From: Rhynchopus sp. YZ270_cl-10
Lineage: Eukaryota
Assembly: GCA_964035575.1 (NCBI GenBank)
Contig: OZ037846.1
Span: 558,001 to 622,000 of the forward strand
Reading direction: 5' to 3'
DNA length: 64,000 bases
The notes under the pieces are model-generated. The model did no database searches, was not told where the DNA came from, and saw nothing but the letters and a program-made list of their open reading frames with translations. This document shows positions 10,920-24,674 of this stretch, one piece after another; positions within the stretch are counted from its first letter, which is position 1, and each line of letters opens with the position of its first letter. The position numbers were made by a program, and so were the translations under genes.

Positions 10920-11849
10920 CATCCAAAATCTCGCTAGCCGTATACTTTTTCATATTTTTCACTCAGAAATGTGAGATGCATATTTTTTATCGTCCGACAC
11001 CGGAATTGAACGTTTCGAAACCGCGCTTTCAAAAGAAATAAAAATCTCAAAAAAATAAAAAAAAATTTTTTTCTGAAATGGCCGTGTCGGTTTTTTCTCG
11101 TTTTCTTATCGGTGACTCAAGAAATAAAGTGTCAACAAACGCCCAAAAAATTTAGCCTATATGCATTTCCGGACTCCGCCCAATAAAATAAAAAAAAAAT
11201 CGAAAACTTTAGTGGAGTTGAAGTTACATAAAAACCAGACCATGGCTATTAGGTACTAATACAGGCAAATTCCTTAGCAAAACGGGCCAACTTCCCGCAC
11301 AAATACTAGTGACAGCGAAAAATTTTCTGCGAGACGAAACCGGCGTTATTTGAATGATATTGTGAACCCTCATTCCAAAGAAAAAAAAATCGAAAACTTT
11401 CTTGAAGTTACTTCATGGTGAAACATCTTGGTCATTAGAAGGAAAACCCCGGTTTACAAGGGAAATCCTTAAGGAAATGGGTGTGGTAAGGGAAAACCTT
11501 AAGGAACCTACTGAAAACCACCCCCCTCACGATTTTTCTTCAGAAAACCACAGGTGCATAAAAAAAAATTGTCCGACCCCGGAATTGAACGATTTTACAC
11601 CCGATCTTTCAAAATAAATAAAAATCGAAAAAAAAATTTGGGCTAATAATTCCGAGGATGCTTGCGGGCACGCCCGCAAGCGTTTGCGACACCGAGGGTG
11701 CAATTTTTCCCTCCGAAAACGCGCTTATATGAATTTCCGGGGCAATCTGAAAAAATTCCGGGGTCGGACAATTTTTTTAACGAAAAATGGATCACTTAAA
11801 AACCAGACCAAAATCGGGCTTTTCTATACGGCTGGGCAGATTTTGGATG
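10920..11849. mobile_element. Non-autonomous TIR element
   Basis: Ends CATCCAAAATC / GATTTTGGATG, flanked by ATATAT on both sides. Internal CCGACCCCGGAATT motifs. Confidence 0.7.
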
Positions 11850-11855
11850 ATATAT

Positions 11856-12775
11856 CACACATTCTCCGAAACTGCGTATCACTTGTGACCAACCATGGAG
11901 CCAATTTAAAGTGACTATTTTTCCACTAAAAAAATTCTCCGACCCCGGAATTTTTTCAGATCGCTCCGGAAATGCCATTCCGCGCCTTTTTGCAAAAAAA
12001 TATTGCACCCTGAGGTCATTAAACGTCTGTGTGCGTTGACGGGTGGATCCTACTAATTTCTCGCGCCCCCAAAATAAAATTTTTATTTTTATTTTGAAAG
12101 ATCGGGTGTGAAAACGTTCAATTCCGGGGTCGGACAATTTTTTTTATGCCTCTCTTCATGTCGCAAAGGATTTTGGGAGAGGGGGGCGTTTTCAGGTATT
12201 CCCTATACTTTCCTAAGAGATCAGGTTAGAAACCCCTTTTTGGGTGGTCTTCGGTGACTTATTCCACTAAAAACGTTTTTATCAAAAGTTGCCGATTTTT
12301 TTTTCTTTGGAATTATTTTCAACAATTCTCTCAATTCTGACGATTTTTTTCCGCCGGAAAAATACTAGATGTCAGCCAGGTTTCGGTGGAGCCAACCCCA
12401 TTTTTGCACCCAAATTGCACCCGAATTGCCCTATATATGGGTATTATACAATGGAGCCAATTTAATTTAATAGTTTTTGACTAAAATGCTCGATTTTTTT
12501 TTCTTTGAAAAGTTTGGAGTCCGGAAACACCATTCCGCGTATTTTCAGAAAAAATTATGCATCTGTCCTTTTCTCACCTGTTGCTGAGAGTGGGAGGCAA
12601 AAACTCTCGCGGTGATTTCAGAAAAAAGATTTTTTTTATTTTTTTGAGATTTTTATTTCTTTTGAAAGCGCGGTTTCAAAACGTTCAATTCCGGGGTCGG
12701 ACGATAAAAAATATGCATCTGGGTCGAGTGAGTGAAAAATCTGAAAAAATGATACGCAATTTCGGAGAATGAGTG
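11856..12775. mobile_element. Non-autonomous TIR element related to 10920-11849
   Basis: Ends CACACATTCTCCGAAACTGCGTATC / GATACGCAATTTCGGAGAATGAGTG, flanked by ATATAT. Internal blocks are inverted homologs of the neighbouring element. Confidence 0.75.
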
Positions 12776-14708
12776 ATATATTTTTTTTTTGACAAATTGT
12801 TGGAATAGTGTAGTTGCCACCTGTGCAAGCTCCACTTTGACAATCGCCCAAATTCCACAAACAAAAGGAAGAAGGGAAATTGGGGGTGGGTAAAGGGAGA
12901 GGTGGAATGGCGTATTTTTTTATCGATTTGCTATCATCAAAAAAAGGGGGATAAGATGATCCTAAGCCCCTCTGAGTGAAGTTGCCTGTTTTTTGTTTTT
13001 TTGTTTTTTATAAATTGTTGGAGTGGTGTAGTTGCCTCGGTTGTGTTGCCACAGTTGTGCAATCTTCACTTTCTTTTTTTGTTTGAAAACTTGGTTGTAT
13101 TAGTGTAGACACCCGAGGATGAGCTCCACTATAAAGCCGGTATTTGTCTTTTTTTTTTGGATGTTTGTTCTTGTTTGGTTTCGCTCTGTTGGGGTATGAG
13201 GGGCGAAGGGAAATACACACACAAAAAGTTTTTAAAAAGATGCAAAAGAGAACCTAAAAAAAAAGAAGGTTCCATCACAATCTTCTAAAAAGGGGGGAAA
13301 CAAAAAAATACGTAACAAAAACAACGGAACGGAAACTGAATACATTTTTTTCTTCTTCTTTTTGAAAATATTGGATTTTTTTTTTGATAAATTGTTGGAG
13401 TAGTGTAGTTGCCTCGGTTGTGTTGCCACAGTTTTGTGCAATCTCCACTGTCAAATTTTTTTTTTTTGTAGTGCCAACTGCACGAACTGCATGAAGGGGT
13501 GTGCCAATACACGCGTTTTAATATCTTCCTTCGCTACGCTCGGGGAAAATAAACCCACTTGTGACTCCAGTCTGAGAGCGTGAAATAATGGGAATCTTAT
13601 TTCACGCGAGTAAATAGCTTTTTTTTTTGGGGTGTATGACAGAAAAAAAGGGGTCCCCTGCGTCCCCTAACCCCCCCTCCTATTTTACTTTTTCTTTTTG
13701 GTGGTGGGGGGATGGTACGCTCACAAACCTATAAACTGAGCGTTTTTTGTTGCAGGCCTCTCGTGAACAGTGTACCTTGGTATATGACCGGCTGTACCGG
13801 GGGGGTGGACACCAAACCAAATAAAAAATGGTCGCTTCGAATACTGCACCAAAAACAAAATAAAACAAACTCAAAAAAAGGGGGGAAAATACACCATCTC
13901 GCACAAAAAAAAAATTGGTTTTTTGGTGTTATTTTGCTAAGAGCGTGGGCGAAAGGGGGAAGAGATTTTCCTTCGAAGAGTCAACTTACAGTAAGACAAC
14001 AAACATCGGAGAGGTAAAAAAAAACCCCCCCTTAGAGTTTTGAAATCCCAAAATCCACCTTAGTTATTACCCCTCCTGTGTGTTTTTACCCCACCGATGT
14101 TCCTCTACCCCACCGGTGTTTTTTACCAGTGGACATGATACTGTGGGTCAACATGAAAAATATGGGGAAATGAGGTGAGATATTGGGGAAAAGGGTGGAA
14201 ACTTGTCATCAAAATTCTCATGCCTAGGGGTAAAAAACCCCTCCTTAGAGTTTTGAAATCCCAAAATCCACCTTAGTTATTACCCCATTGGTTGTTGTCT
14301 CACTGTCTGTAAAAAGGAGGAATGTACCTTTCTCGTACACATACCCCGAACGTTCCCGATATGGGTGGAAAGTCCTAAAAATACATTGGCATTTTTCTTG
14401 GTTTATTGCACTGCTGTCATCAACGAAAAATAAAATATAATGAGAATAGGGGGAATAGGGAAAAAAGGGAGTTTTAGTAATGAGTAAAAGAAAACAAAAC
14501 ACCTTTTTTTTTTTTTACTGAGGGGGAGGGGCGAATAAGAGATATGGCTCCCTCCTCCGCAGTAAAAAAAAAAAAAAAAGGCAATAATAACAATATTCCT
14601 TGACAGTCAAAGAAAAAAAAAAGCCCTCAGCTGTCCAGATGAACAACTGGCTTAACACACTATCAAAACGGGTAACAAAGAATAGAGCAAAAAAAAAGGG
14701 GGGGGGGT

Positions 14709-15870
14709 TAGGGGATACGACTCCAGCCATTTTGGCTGGGACCAAACGCACGGAAAATTCATTTGGCATTATCTGGCCATCTCCAAGGCAACTGCGGGTG
14801 AAAAACACCCTCAGAGTGGGTCACAGGGGGCCTGTGGGTCGAAAAACGACCCAGAAGCCACCCCAGAATACAAAAAAATGGAAAAAAATAGTGAAAAAAC
14901 GGCTTTTTTCACGTTTTGGCCACTTTGGGCAAAATAGCGATTTTTCGAGAAAAAAATCAAAAACCGGGATATTTTTTGACATCACAAAGCCTCCTTTGGC
15001 ACAAATATACCCCAAAAGTGGCCTGTGAGTCCATTCCAACCTGTTTTGGACATATTTGACACTTTTGGAAGTGTTTTTTTGGTGTTTTTAGGTCAAAAAA
15101 ATGCCCAAGACGTCCCCAAGACATCCCCAAGACACTTTGCACACCCCCTGTTACGGTCATATTTTTTTCGTTTTTTTGCCTGAAACCCCCAAAATACCCC
15201 TCCCGGACCCCACATAGTCCCGAATATCCATCACACACCCACTCAGAGTGAGTAGAAGCACCCCAAAAAAAATATTTTTTAAAGCCCTAAAATTGTGCTT
15301 CAGTTTCGGCAGCATATTTTTTTTGGGGTGCTTCTACTCACTCTGAGTGGGTGTGTGATGGATATTCGGGACTATGTGGGGTCCGGGAGGGGTATTTTGG
15401 GGGTTTCAGGCAAAAAAACGAAAAAAATATGACCGTAACAGGGGGTGTGCAAAGTGTCTTGGGGATGTCTTGGGGACGTCTTGGGCATTTTTTTGACCTA
15501 AAAACACCAAAAAAACACTTCCAAAAGTGTCAAATATGTCCAAAACAGGTTGGAATGGACTCACAGGCCACTTTTGGGGTATATTTGTGCCAAAGGAGGC
15601 TTTGTGATGTCAAAAAATATCCCGGTTTTTGATTTTTTTCTCGAAAAATCGCTATTTTGCCCAAAGTGGCCAAAACGTGAAAAAAGCCGTTTTTTCACTA
15701 TTTTTTTCCATTTTTTTGTATTCTGGGGTGGCTTCTGGGTCGTTTTTCGACCCACAGGCCCCCTGTGACCCACTCTGAGGGTGTTTTTCACCCGCAGTTG
15801 CCTTGGAGATGACCAGATAATGCCAAATGAATTTTCCGTGCGCAAAAAATGGCTGGAGTCGTACCCCCTA
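14709..15870. mobile_element. Palindromic hAT-like non-autonomous element, family A copy 1
   Basis: TAGGGGATACGACTCCAGCC...GGCTGGAGTCGTACCCCCTA, arms of about 570 bp nearly perfectly inverted. Almost identical to 38733-39934. Preceded by G10. Confidence 0.9.
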
Positions 15871-16732
15871 GGCATAGGTGCCCGCCGAGTCGTTTTTGGG
15901 CGAGTTGTCGGAACTTTACGATTTCACCTAACAACTCGCCCAATACTCGGACAACTCGGCCACAACTCGCCCTATACTCGGCACAACTCGCCCTATACTC
16001 GGCACAACTCGGCCACAACTCGCCCATTTATACAGGCAAAAACATACAGGGATGGGAGGTGACGTTGTAAGGTTACACACATGTAACGTTGGTACAACAC
16101 ATAATCTCAAGAAAAACAACCAGGGCTAAGGCCAAACGCCACTCATTACATGCACCTTGTCATATGACTAGTCATAGGTGGTAACTAGGTCGTGGTGGTC
16201 CATGGGCCACCGTGCACTTTTGGTAATTGCTGGGGGGAATGGGATATACTCCGTACATGGATACACACAGAACACACGGTTCCCCAGACATCTGTCAGGC
16301 AATCACTGATTCACTTCACACAGGTCGGGCAGGCGCTGCCTGCCCATCCTCTTTTCCTGTCTGCTATCGATTCCAGGTTCACAACGTTCACACGTTTAGT
16401 CAAAATGCTTTGGGCGACGACTTCCTTTGGGATACACAAAACCACACAAAGCGCACATTCACAGACCAGCTGTGAAGCGTGGGATGCACGAGATAAAACG
16501 TGATGTGGTGTACCTGTGTACCTGTGTACCTGTGTACCTGTGTACCTGTGTACCTGTGTACCTGTGTACCTGTGTACCTGTGTACCTGTGTACCTGTGTA
16601 CCTGTGTACCTGTGTTTTTGTAGCCATAAAAAATCCCAAAAAAAAACAACTCGCCCAAAAAAAATGGGCGAGTTGTTGGCCGAATTTGGGCGAGTTGCCG
16701 AGTTGTTTTAACTCGCCGGGCACCTATGCCTA
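15869..16732. mobile_element. hAT-like MITE abutting family A copy 1
   Basis: TIR TAGGCATAGGTGCCCG / CGGGCACCTATGCCTA, subterminal CAACTCG repeats, followed by G10. Confidence 0.8.
16508..16614. repeat. (GTGTACCT)n 8-bp minisatellite, about 13 copies
   Basis: Directly visible perfect tandem repeat. Confidence 0.97.
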
Positions 16733-16955
16733 GGGGGGGGGGTGCGGGTTTCACATCTGCGTTTTTCCGTGCATTTTTTTTTTTTGTAAATCAAGGTACT
16801 TGACAATAGGAAATAGAAACGACGGAAGGTGCGTGCCCGCCAGCTTGTGTTTTTCTCATTCATTGTTTTTTCTCACACAACACACACTTCAGCGAAAAAA
16901 CACACCAAGCTTGCGGAGCGATAAACGAAAAAGTTGTTTTTCATTGTTTTCTTTT

Positions 16956-19190
16956 GAGAAAAGTTCGATTTCGGCCTCGAAAATACCCGTGACACCGATT
17001 TGTCACGGTACTTTGTCACGGAATTTTTTTGAAAGATTCGATTTCGTGACAAAAAAAAATCGATTTCGTGACAAGCCGATTTTTTCATTGACACACAAAA
17101 TTCAATTTAGTGACAAATGACTTTTTTCATTGACAAAAAAAAATTCGATTTCGTGACAAATCCATTTTTTCATTGACAAAAAAATGTCATTGAAAAAAAT
17201 GGAATTTGTCAAGGAAAAAGTCGTGACAGCCAACCCGCCAGTCACTGAAAAGTGACCAGACAGCCACTTGACAAACACAAAAGAGGCCATTCTTGAGCTG
17301 TCTAGAAACCGAAGGGCAGAGACTGAAGACACAAGGTATGATAACTTTATGATTATGCAAGACTTAGTATATCGCGAACACGGTCAGGCTTGCACGCCTC
17401 TGGCCAGAGGCCAGCCCCACTAAATGATATGCAGCAGACACTCATTGCAGATTTCATTTTCATTCGGTAAAAAATTAATGGGTGCGCACGTTTCTATACC
17501 TAATACCCCAACCCTCACCCATACATTCCATTACACACACCAAAACAGATCGAATCCACCAGCGCATGCGACGGAAGCAGATTCAGATTGTGGTTTGATA
17601 AGCAGAGTTCGGTTATTATGGTGGTGGAAAGGGGGGTGGGAACACTTTGTCAGTCACTGCTATAGCCATTAACCAGGGAGCATAGCTAGTGCAAGAAATT
17701 CGACTTTGGAAACCTTCCGGAAAGTCTGTCCTCTGCTTCCGGAGGACTAGACACAAGAAAATATTGTTTGTTCCCCCAGAAAACCAGTGCACAATTCACA
17801 CTCCTTGTGGGTGGTCTTGTTGCCTTTTCGTCATAGTAATTTTGGCCCAGGCATGCTCTTGAAGCATGACAATTTAGTGTGTATGGGGCAGGGTGTTGTT
17901 TTGTTCTGAATTCTCTTTGTTATAACATCTAAGTCAATCGCGGGTGGTGGTTTGTGTAGCGTGAGGCACTCTTTTTAACAAACTTCCTGCAGTTGCTATG
18001 CACTGTTATTTCTTCGGATTTATCATCATACAGCGTAACATAGTGGATTCGCCTGGTCGACACAACCTTTGATAGATATGGGATAACCAACCCCCTTCGA
18101 CCCCTCGTGGGTTCACTGAACAAGCCCTAGTGGTAGTTAAACGCGATTGACATTTACATTCCTAGAGATGAAAGAACAAGATAACACTTCTGTACCCGCG
18201 CATCAAAATTGTGGAAAACTTTGCACCCCAAACACCCTCAACAACGCCCGCCAAAAGGCGCCCCTTGTTGCTGGGAGTTGGTTCTCATGTTTGATACACT
18301 GCACAGCAGGCATTCCTCTGAGTCCAACGCATGTTTGGCCTGTCTGCGGCGTTGTACTTAAGGTGCACGAAGACAGGGTCTGGTGGTAAATTTTGCGTAG
18401 TACTGCGACGTGGTACTACGTGGGTCTGGGAACCTGGTACCTGGGTACAGGATATTTGTTGTCAAAGACATCTTCCACCATGCATTGAGGAGGGTAAGAC
18501 AGTGTTCGCAGTTTCTACCTGATAGCATTACACATTTAACTTCTCCACGGGGGTCTTGGGCCGTTCATTCGGTTATACCTTGACTACCGGAAGATATTCT
18601 TGAGGCCTTTTTGGTCTCTAGAATATCCGGTCTTCCCGAACGGAGGCACACTTTGTGTGTTACTACGACCTGGCAATTTCCAGCAGTAGGTTAAGTAATC
18701 TTTCTTGTAAATTGTTGGATCATTATCTCCTCAGTGCATGAATGCCCCACGTGACTGGACACTTTTGTGTTTGTCATGTGGAGCTGTGGTTGCTCTTTCA
18801 CGACTTTTATCCTTGTATCCAGTGTACCCAGTACCCAGTGCCCTGTCACGACTTTTTCCGTGACAAAAAGTTTGGTTTCCTTGACAAAATCCATTTCTGT
18901 CACGACTTTTTCCGTGACAAAAAGTTCGGTTTCCTTGACAAAATCCATTTTTTCATTGACATTTTTTTGTCACTGAATTTTTGGATTTGTCACGAAATCG
19001 AATTTTTTTTTGTCAATGAAAAAATCGGTTTGTCACGAAATCGAATTTTGTGTGTCAATGAAAAAATTGGTTTGTCACGAAATCGATTTTTTTTTGTCAC
19101 GAAATCGAATCTTTCAAAAAAATTCCGTGACAAAATTCCGTGACAAATCGGTGTCACGGTAATTTTCGAGGCCGAAATCGAACTTTTCTC
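16956..19190. mobile_element. Non-autonomous Mutator-like element
   Basis: Long TIRs GAGAAAAGTTCGATTTCGGCCTCGAAAAT with subterminal GTGACAA repeats. 9-bp TSD TTTTCTTTT at 16947-16955 and 19191-19199. No intact ORF inside. Confidence 0.8.
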
Positions 19191-20680
19191 TTTTCTTTTT
19201 ATTCAGAACCGAAAGTTAGTTTCTATTTTTTCCCCAAATACAGTGTTTCCGCGCTCCTTCATTGGGTACGATTTTTGATGAAGAATCGTGATTTTGTATA
19301 GAATAGAGCATAAAAAAAGGGGGGTTTGAAAGTTTGTTTTGTTTTGTTTTGTTTTTGCTTTTGCTACTTTATTTTGTACTTTTTTGCTTATTTGTTTGTT
19401 TACTTTTGCAGCATGACCAAGGGTCATAAAAAAAGGGGGGGTGCGGGTTTCACATCTGCGTTTTTCCGCGCATTTTTTTTTTTTTCCCCAAATAAAAAGT
19501 TTAGAACGAGAAAGAAAAAAAAGAAAAAAAAAAACGGGGCTTGAGAGAGATGTGAACGGGTCTTCACAGGGAATTTTTGCGCCTACTCTCCTTATCAAAA
19601 AAAGGACTCTTGTCTTGCTTTTTCTTTGTGGATTGGGAGAGATTTGAATTGGGTTGTATCTGGAGGGGTTTTTTTTTGTTTTTTTTTGATAAATTGTTGG
19701 AGTAGCGTCGTCTGCCTCAGGTTGTGTTGCCATGGTTGGTACAATCTCCACTTTCTTTTGCTACCTTTGCTTTTGTTCTCTCGTTTGGATCGGGAGGGGA
19801 GGGAGCAATGATTACTGGGGGAAATCATTTATTTTGTGGAATTCTGCTGTGCTGCATATGCGATTGCAAAAACAAAAACAAAAACAAAAAAAAAGCAAAT
19901 TGGCGAGGAGCGGGGGGGTGGGATGGTGACGACTAATTAGGCTAATTAGGGTACCTTCTTTTCCCCTCTCTTTCGATCCCGAAAGAGAGGGGGTTTGAAA
20001 GTTTGTTTTGTTTTGTTTTGTTTTTGCTTTTGCTACTTTATTTTGTACTTTTTTGCTTATTTGTTTGTTTACTTTTCGATCCCGAAAGAGAGGGGGGTTT
20101 GAAGGTTTGTTTTGTTTTGTTTTGTTTTTTTTTTTTTGAAAGAGAAGGAGGTGGGCATTTGGTGAGTTTTTCTTTTTCTTTTTTTTTTTTTTTGAAAACT
20201 TGGTTGTATTAGTGTAGACTGATTGAAGGGGTTTGCTTTTTTTCGCAGTTGTCATTTTTGGTTTTTTTTTTGGTAATTTTCATCAAACTTGTTTTATTTT
20301 TGTATTAGTGTAGAGACCCGAGGATGAACTCCACTATATTTTTCTTTTTTTCTTTTGAAAAGTTAACAACATGTACTCACATAGAGATCACCCACCTTTG
20401 TGTGAACTCCACCGATTTTATTTTATTTAGAAAGTTTGCCTTTGCTGGACCCTTCATACATTCCACAGTACATGAGATTTTTTGTTGTGTATTTTCTTTT
20501 ACCTTTTTTTAATAATCTTTTTTAGTGTAGCCATCTTTCACGTCTCCACTAGAAAACGCTCTCAAGAAAAACTCTCGGATTTTTTTTTTTTTGGGAAAAT
20601 GGGAAAATTGAGAATGGGACTTTTGGGGGGAAATCACAAAAATTGTGTGGACAAAAAAGACACTAAAAAAAGCATTTTAC

Positions 20681-21545
20681 CACGTATGGCAAATGATAAT
20701 TTATTATGAGATCTCATAATAAATTATGAGATCATTATGCGCTATTATGCGCGCTCATAATAATCGCATAATGCATAATAGCGCATAATAGCACATAATA
20801 GCACATAATAGCACATAATAGCGCATAATGATTATGCGCTATTATGTGCTCATTATGTGCTCATTATGTGCCCTACCCCAATGCCCCAAACCAGAAAATA
20901 CCACCCTCAGATGTCCAAAAATCCATCTGCGCCCGGTTTTGAGCAGTTTTGAGCCTCAAGAAGCCCCGTATCTGCTTTTTTCAAAAATGTACATACAACT
21001 TGTACCTGCCCACCCCTCGTAGATAGAGCAACTCACACATCCATCACGCCTCAGTGTGAGCCAGGGGCCAGAAAAGCCCCCAAAGCCACATATTTTCACC
21101 CCAGAACCTATCCCGAGGGGTACCCAGGCGGTTTCGGGGTGTTTAGAGGGACTTGGTGGAACTTAGAACCATGTTTCAAAAAGTGTCAAGCACCTGGTAC
21201 CAAAGGTTTTCCCACCCAAGGTATCTTAAGCCGTCAAAAAACGTGAAGTAGGTAATAAATCAAAGAAACCCCCCTGAAGTCAATAAAAACCACACCATAG
21301 GCCCATTTGTACCCCAAAAATCGAATTCCGCCCGGTTTTGGGCACTTTTGACCACTTCTGAGCGACTTTTTTTGGGTGGGGGGGTGGGGGGTACGGCACA
21401 TAATGAGCGCATAACGCCGCATAATTGGCGCATAATAGCGCATAATAGCACATAATAGCACATAATAGCACATAATAGCGCATAATATCACATGTATTAT
21501 GAGATCTCATAATAGCGCATAATATATTATCATTTGCCATACGTG
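20681..21545. mobile_element. MITE with 7-bp TSD and subterminal (GCACATAATA)n repeats
   Basis: TIR CACGTATGGCAAATGATAAT. TSD ATTTTAC at 20674-20680 and 21546-21552. Confidence 0.85.
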
Positions 21546-24500
21546 ATTTTACGCAGAATTTACTCTTCCATTATTTTCATTTTATTTTTTTTGAAATGAA
21601 TGATTCCGAACCACTAGGTAGTGTTACAGTATTAAAAAAAAAAAACAAAAATAAGAAATGAACGCCCTGTCAAGAGACAGGGTTTGAAAGTTAGTTTTGT
21701 TTTGTTTTGTTTTTGCTACTTTATTTTGTTCTTTTTTGTTTTGTTGTTTACTTTCGCAGCATGACCAAGGGTAAAATAAGAAATGAACACACCTGTCAAG
21801 AGACAGGGTGTTCGCAATACACACAGTGGTTTACCCTACTCCTCCGAGTGGATGAACGATTACAAACGAACCTTCGTTTTTTTTTTTTTTTTTTTTTGGA
21901 AAAAAAAAATTGGGGGAAAAAAACAATCCTCGTGGAGCTACCACAGCACAAAGAGCGAGGAAAAGTCCCCAAGTAAAGAAAACATAAAAAGACAGCCCTG
22001 GATGCGGATCACAATGGGGGGAGAGAAAAAAAGGAGAAAAGTTGAAATACGCATCGTGTGCATACACACTTAGCTAAAAAAAAAAAGATCGGGTCCTTTG
22101 TTTGTGCGCTCAAAGCCGGGAAAACAAAAAGGTGAAAAAATGTGTTAAACTGAAGTACGGCTGTTGTGGTTAATTGAGTACTCAAAGAAAACAAGCAAGC
22201 TTCTGTTTTTTTCAATCCGTTTTGTTTGCCCTGCAGCGCTGCCTCCAATCTTTTTAGAATTGACAACAAGTTGTTTTATCAAAAAAACAAAGAGGGGTGT
22301 TGGTGAGATGACCTTAAGCCTTGTGTGCTTGGACATCTTTGAAAGAAAAAGGCAAAAACAAGAAAAGGAAACCGGCGTTGGCAAAAAAAAGAAAAAGAAA
22401 ATAAAAGTGAAAATAAAATCAAATCAAAAAGAAAAGCAAAGGCAAAAAAATACCCCAAAAAACAGCAATTATTGAACCAATTGCTACCACATTCTGCCAG
22501 AGAGACATTACCAACCAGGAGTGAATAAGATATGTGCGAAGAGTGAAAAGAAAAGAATAGGGGATGGGGGGTTTGAAAGTTAGTTTTGTTTTGTTTTGTT
22601 TTTGCTACTTTTTTTTGTTCTTTTTTGTTTTGTTGTTGTTTACTTTCAGGGGATGGGGGGAAACGAATGGAGTGTTTGGTTTTGTTTGTATTTGACAAAA
22701 AAGTATTCCCACCATTTTTTTTTTTTTTCAGAGGTGGTGTGAAGTCTTGTATTTTTTTTTTTGCCAGATTGATTCCGACGATAGACCTCGACCCCTTACT
22801 GGGGGTGAGCGAATCGCCATTTTTTTTTTCCCCTTAAAAATTCCTTCGCATACATTAGTCACTTTAAACAGCTCTGCCGAACACAAGGTTGTTGTGATTC
22901 TCGTTTTGTTCTCTTTTAAAACAAACCTAAGGCCGTTGATACGGAGTTGCTTGGAAAAAGAAGAGTTGACAGTGCAAACGCCTCACCGTACACCGGCAGG
23001 ACGCAGGGCATTTTTTTTTTTTAAATAGAACCGATGCAGGACACTGGTACTCCGTGGGTCGAAAATGGTCTGGAAAATGGTCCTCCTAATAGGCCCAAGG
23101 TGACATATCACCCTCAAGACCGATAGCGAAACACAGTACAGATGATAAAAAAAAATATATGAAAAAGAAAGAGTTTTTTCATCAGAAAGCAATCAATAAA
23201 TTGATAGTATATGGTGAGGGATCAACAAAAAAAATGTTCCCATCTTTCTTACTCCCCCAGTAAAGAAAGAGAAGAAAAAAAAAAACTCTCACCATCTGAA
23301 CAACTCTCCTCAGTGATATTTTCACTGTCACTTCCCCCTCCCCCTCCTCCTCCATACCCCTTAAAAACAATGCCCCTCGGAGTACGTGGACTAGAACTAC
23401 AACAACCCTCTCGTGAACAGTGTACCAAGGTACACTGTTCACGAGAGGGCTGTACATGATGAGTGGACCCCCCTCACATTTCTTTTTATTTAAAACAAAA
23501 GGCGGCACTCCGTATCCAAAACAGGGGGGATGCCTGGGGACACAAAAACAGGTTTCTGTATTGAGACGGGAGGGAAGGGGAAGAAACGTGGGAAGAGCAA
23601 CGAGCGTCTCATAGCCCGAAGATGTGTTTTGTTCCATTGTTTTTTTTTTTTTTGTTACTATTGTAGTTTCGACAATCATCTGTCCGAGAACGGGTTTTGT
23701 ACAACAAAGTCGCCCGAAAGGCCTTATTTTTTTTGTATTTGTTTTTTTTTGTTTGCTTTGTTAATCATAAATTCTTACTCTGATAGGACCACGTTACGAC
23801 CTTATAAAAGATCAATACTCAAAAAAATGTCTTTTTCGTTGTGTCGACAATCGCCTTCAGTAGCCCTCAGTAGGTAACCAAGGTCTTGTACTCAATACGG
23901 TTGCCAATGATGCAAATAAAGCAAGAATTTTGGGTATTTTTTTTTTTTAAACCCTCCAGAGTTACTTCATGATACACTTCACTTTGTCGACAAAGGGACA
24001 ATCACCCAACCAAGAGAGATAGGCTAATGTGCTCAAAATATGCCCAAAAAAAAAGGGGGGGGCTGGGAACTATTTACTTTCGTTTTTTTTGATAAATTGT
24101 TGGAGTAGTGTAGTTGCGTCGGTTGTGTTGCCACAGTTTTGTGCAAATCTCCACATTTTTTTTCTTCTTCTCTTTCTCTGTTTCAAAGGATATCGCGTTA
24201 TGTCATGAAAAAAAGACAAATAAAAAAATGGTATCTCAAGACGATGCCCCTTAATAAAAGGGGCAGAAAAAAAAAATATGTGATGCAAAGAAGAAAATTT
24301 GTAAGATGAAAAAGTGACTCGAGTGCACTTACACATAAAAAAAGAATCATTTCAAAAAAAGGAAAAAAAACTTCCACTAATTAGTACAACGCTGTGGAGG
24401 GGAGAGGGAAGAAAGCAAAGTTGTATAAAATAGGGTAGGGAAGTCATCTCGCAAGGAACTAAAGCAGAGGGGGGAGAGGGGGTGGCTTTTGGGAAAAAGA

Positions 24501-24637
24501 AAGCATTTTTTTTTTTTTTTTTGTTTTTGTTTTTTTTTGGAAAAATTATTTGATTTTTACCCCGCGTATACACGCCTGTACGCGGGGTAAAAACCAGGTG
24601 GAAAAAGTGGAAACACGTGAACAAACCAATGACGCAG

Positions 24638-24674
<37 letters not shown>

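Noticed and set aside
14600..16754. Repeated small ORFs (MEWTHRP.., MCDGYSG.., VHRYTGTQ repeats)
   Set aside because: By-products of palindromic elements and an 8-bp minisatellite.
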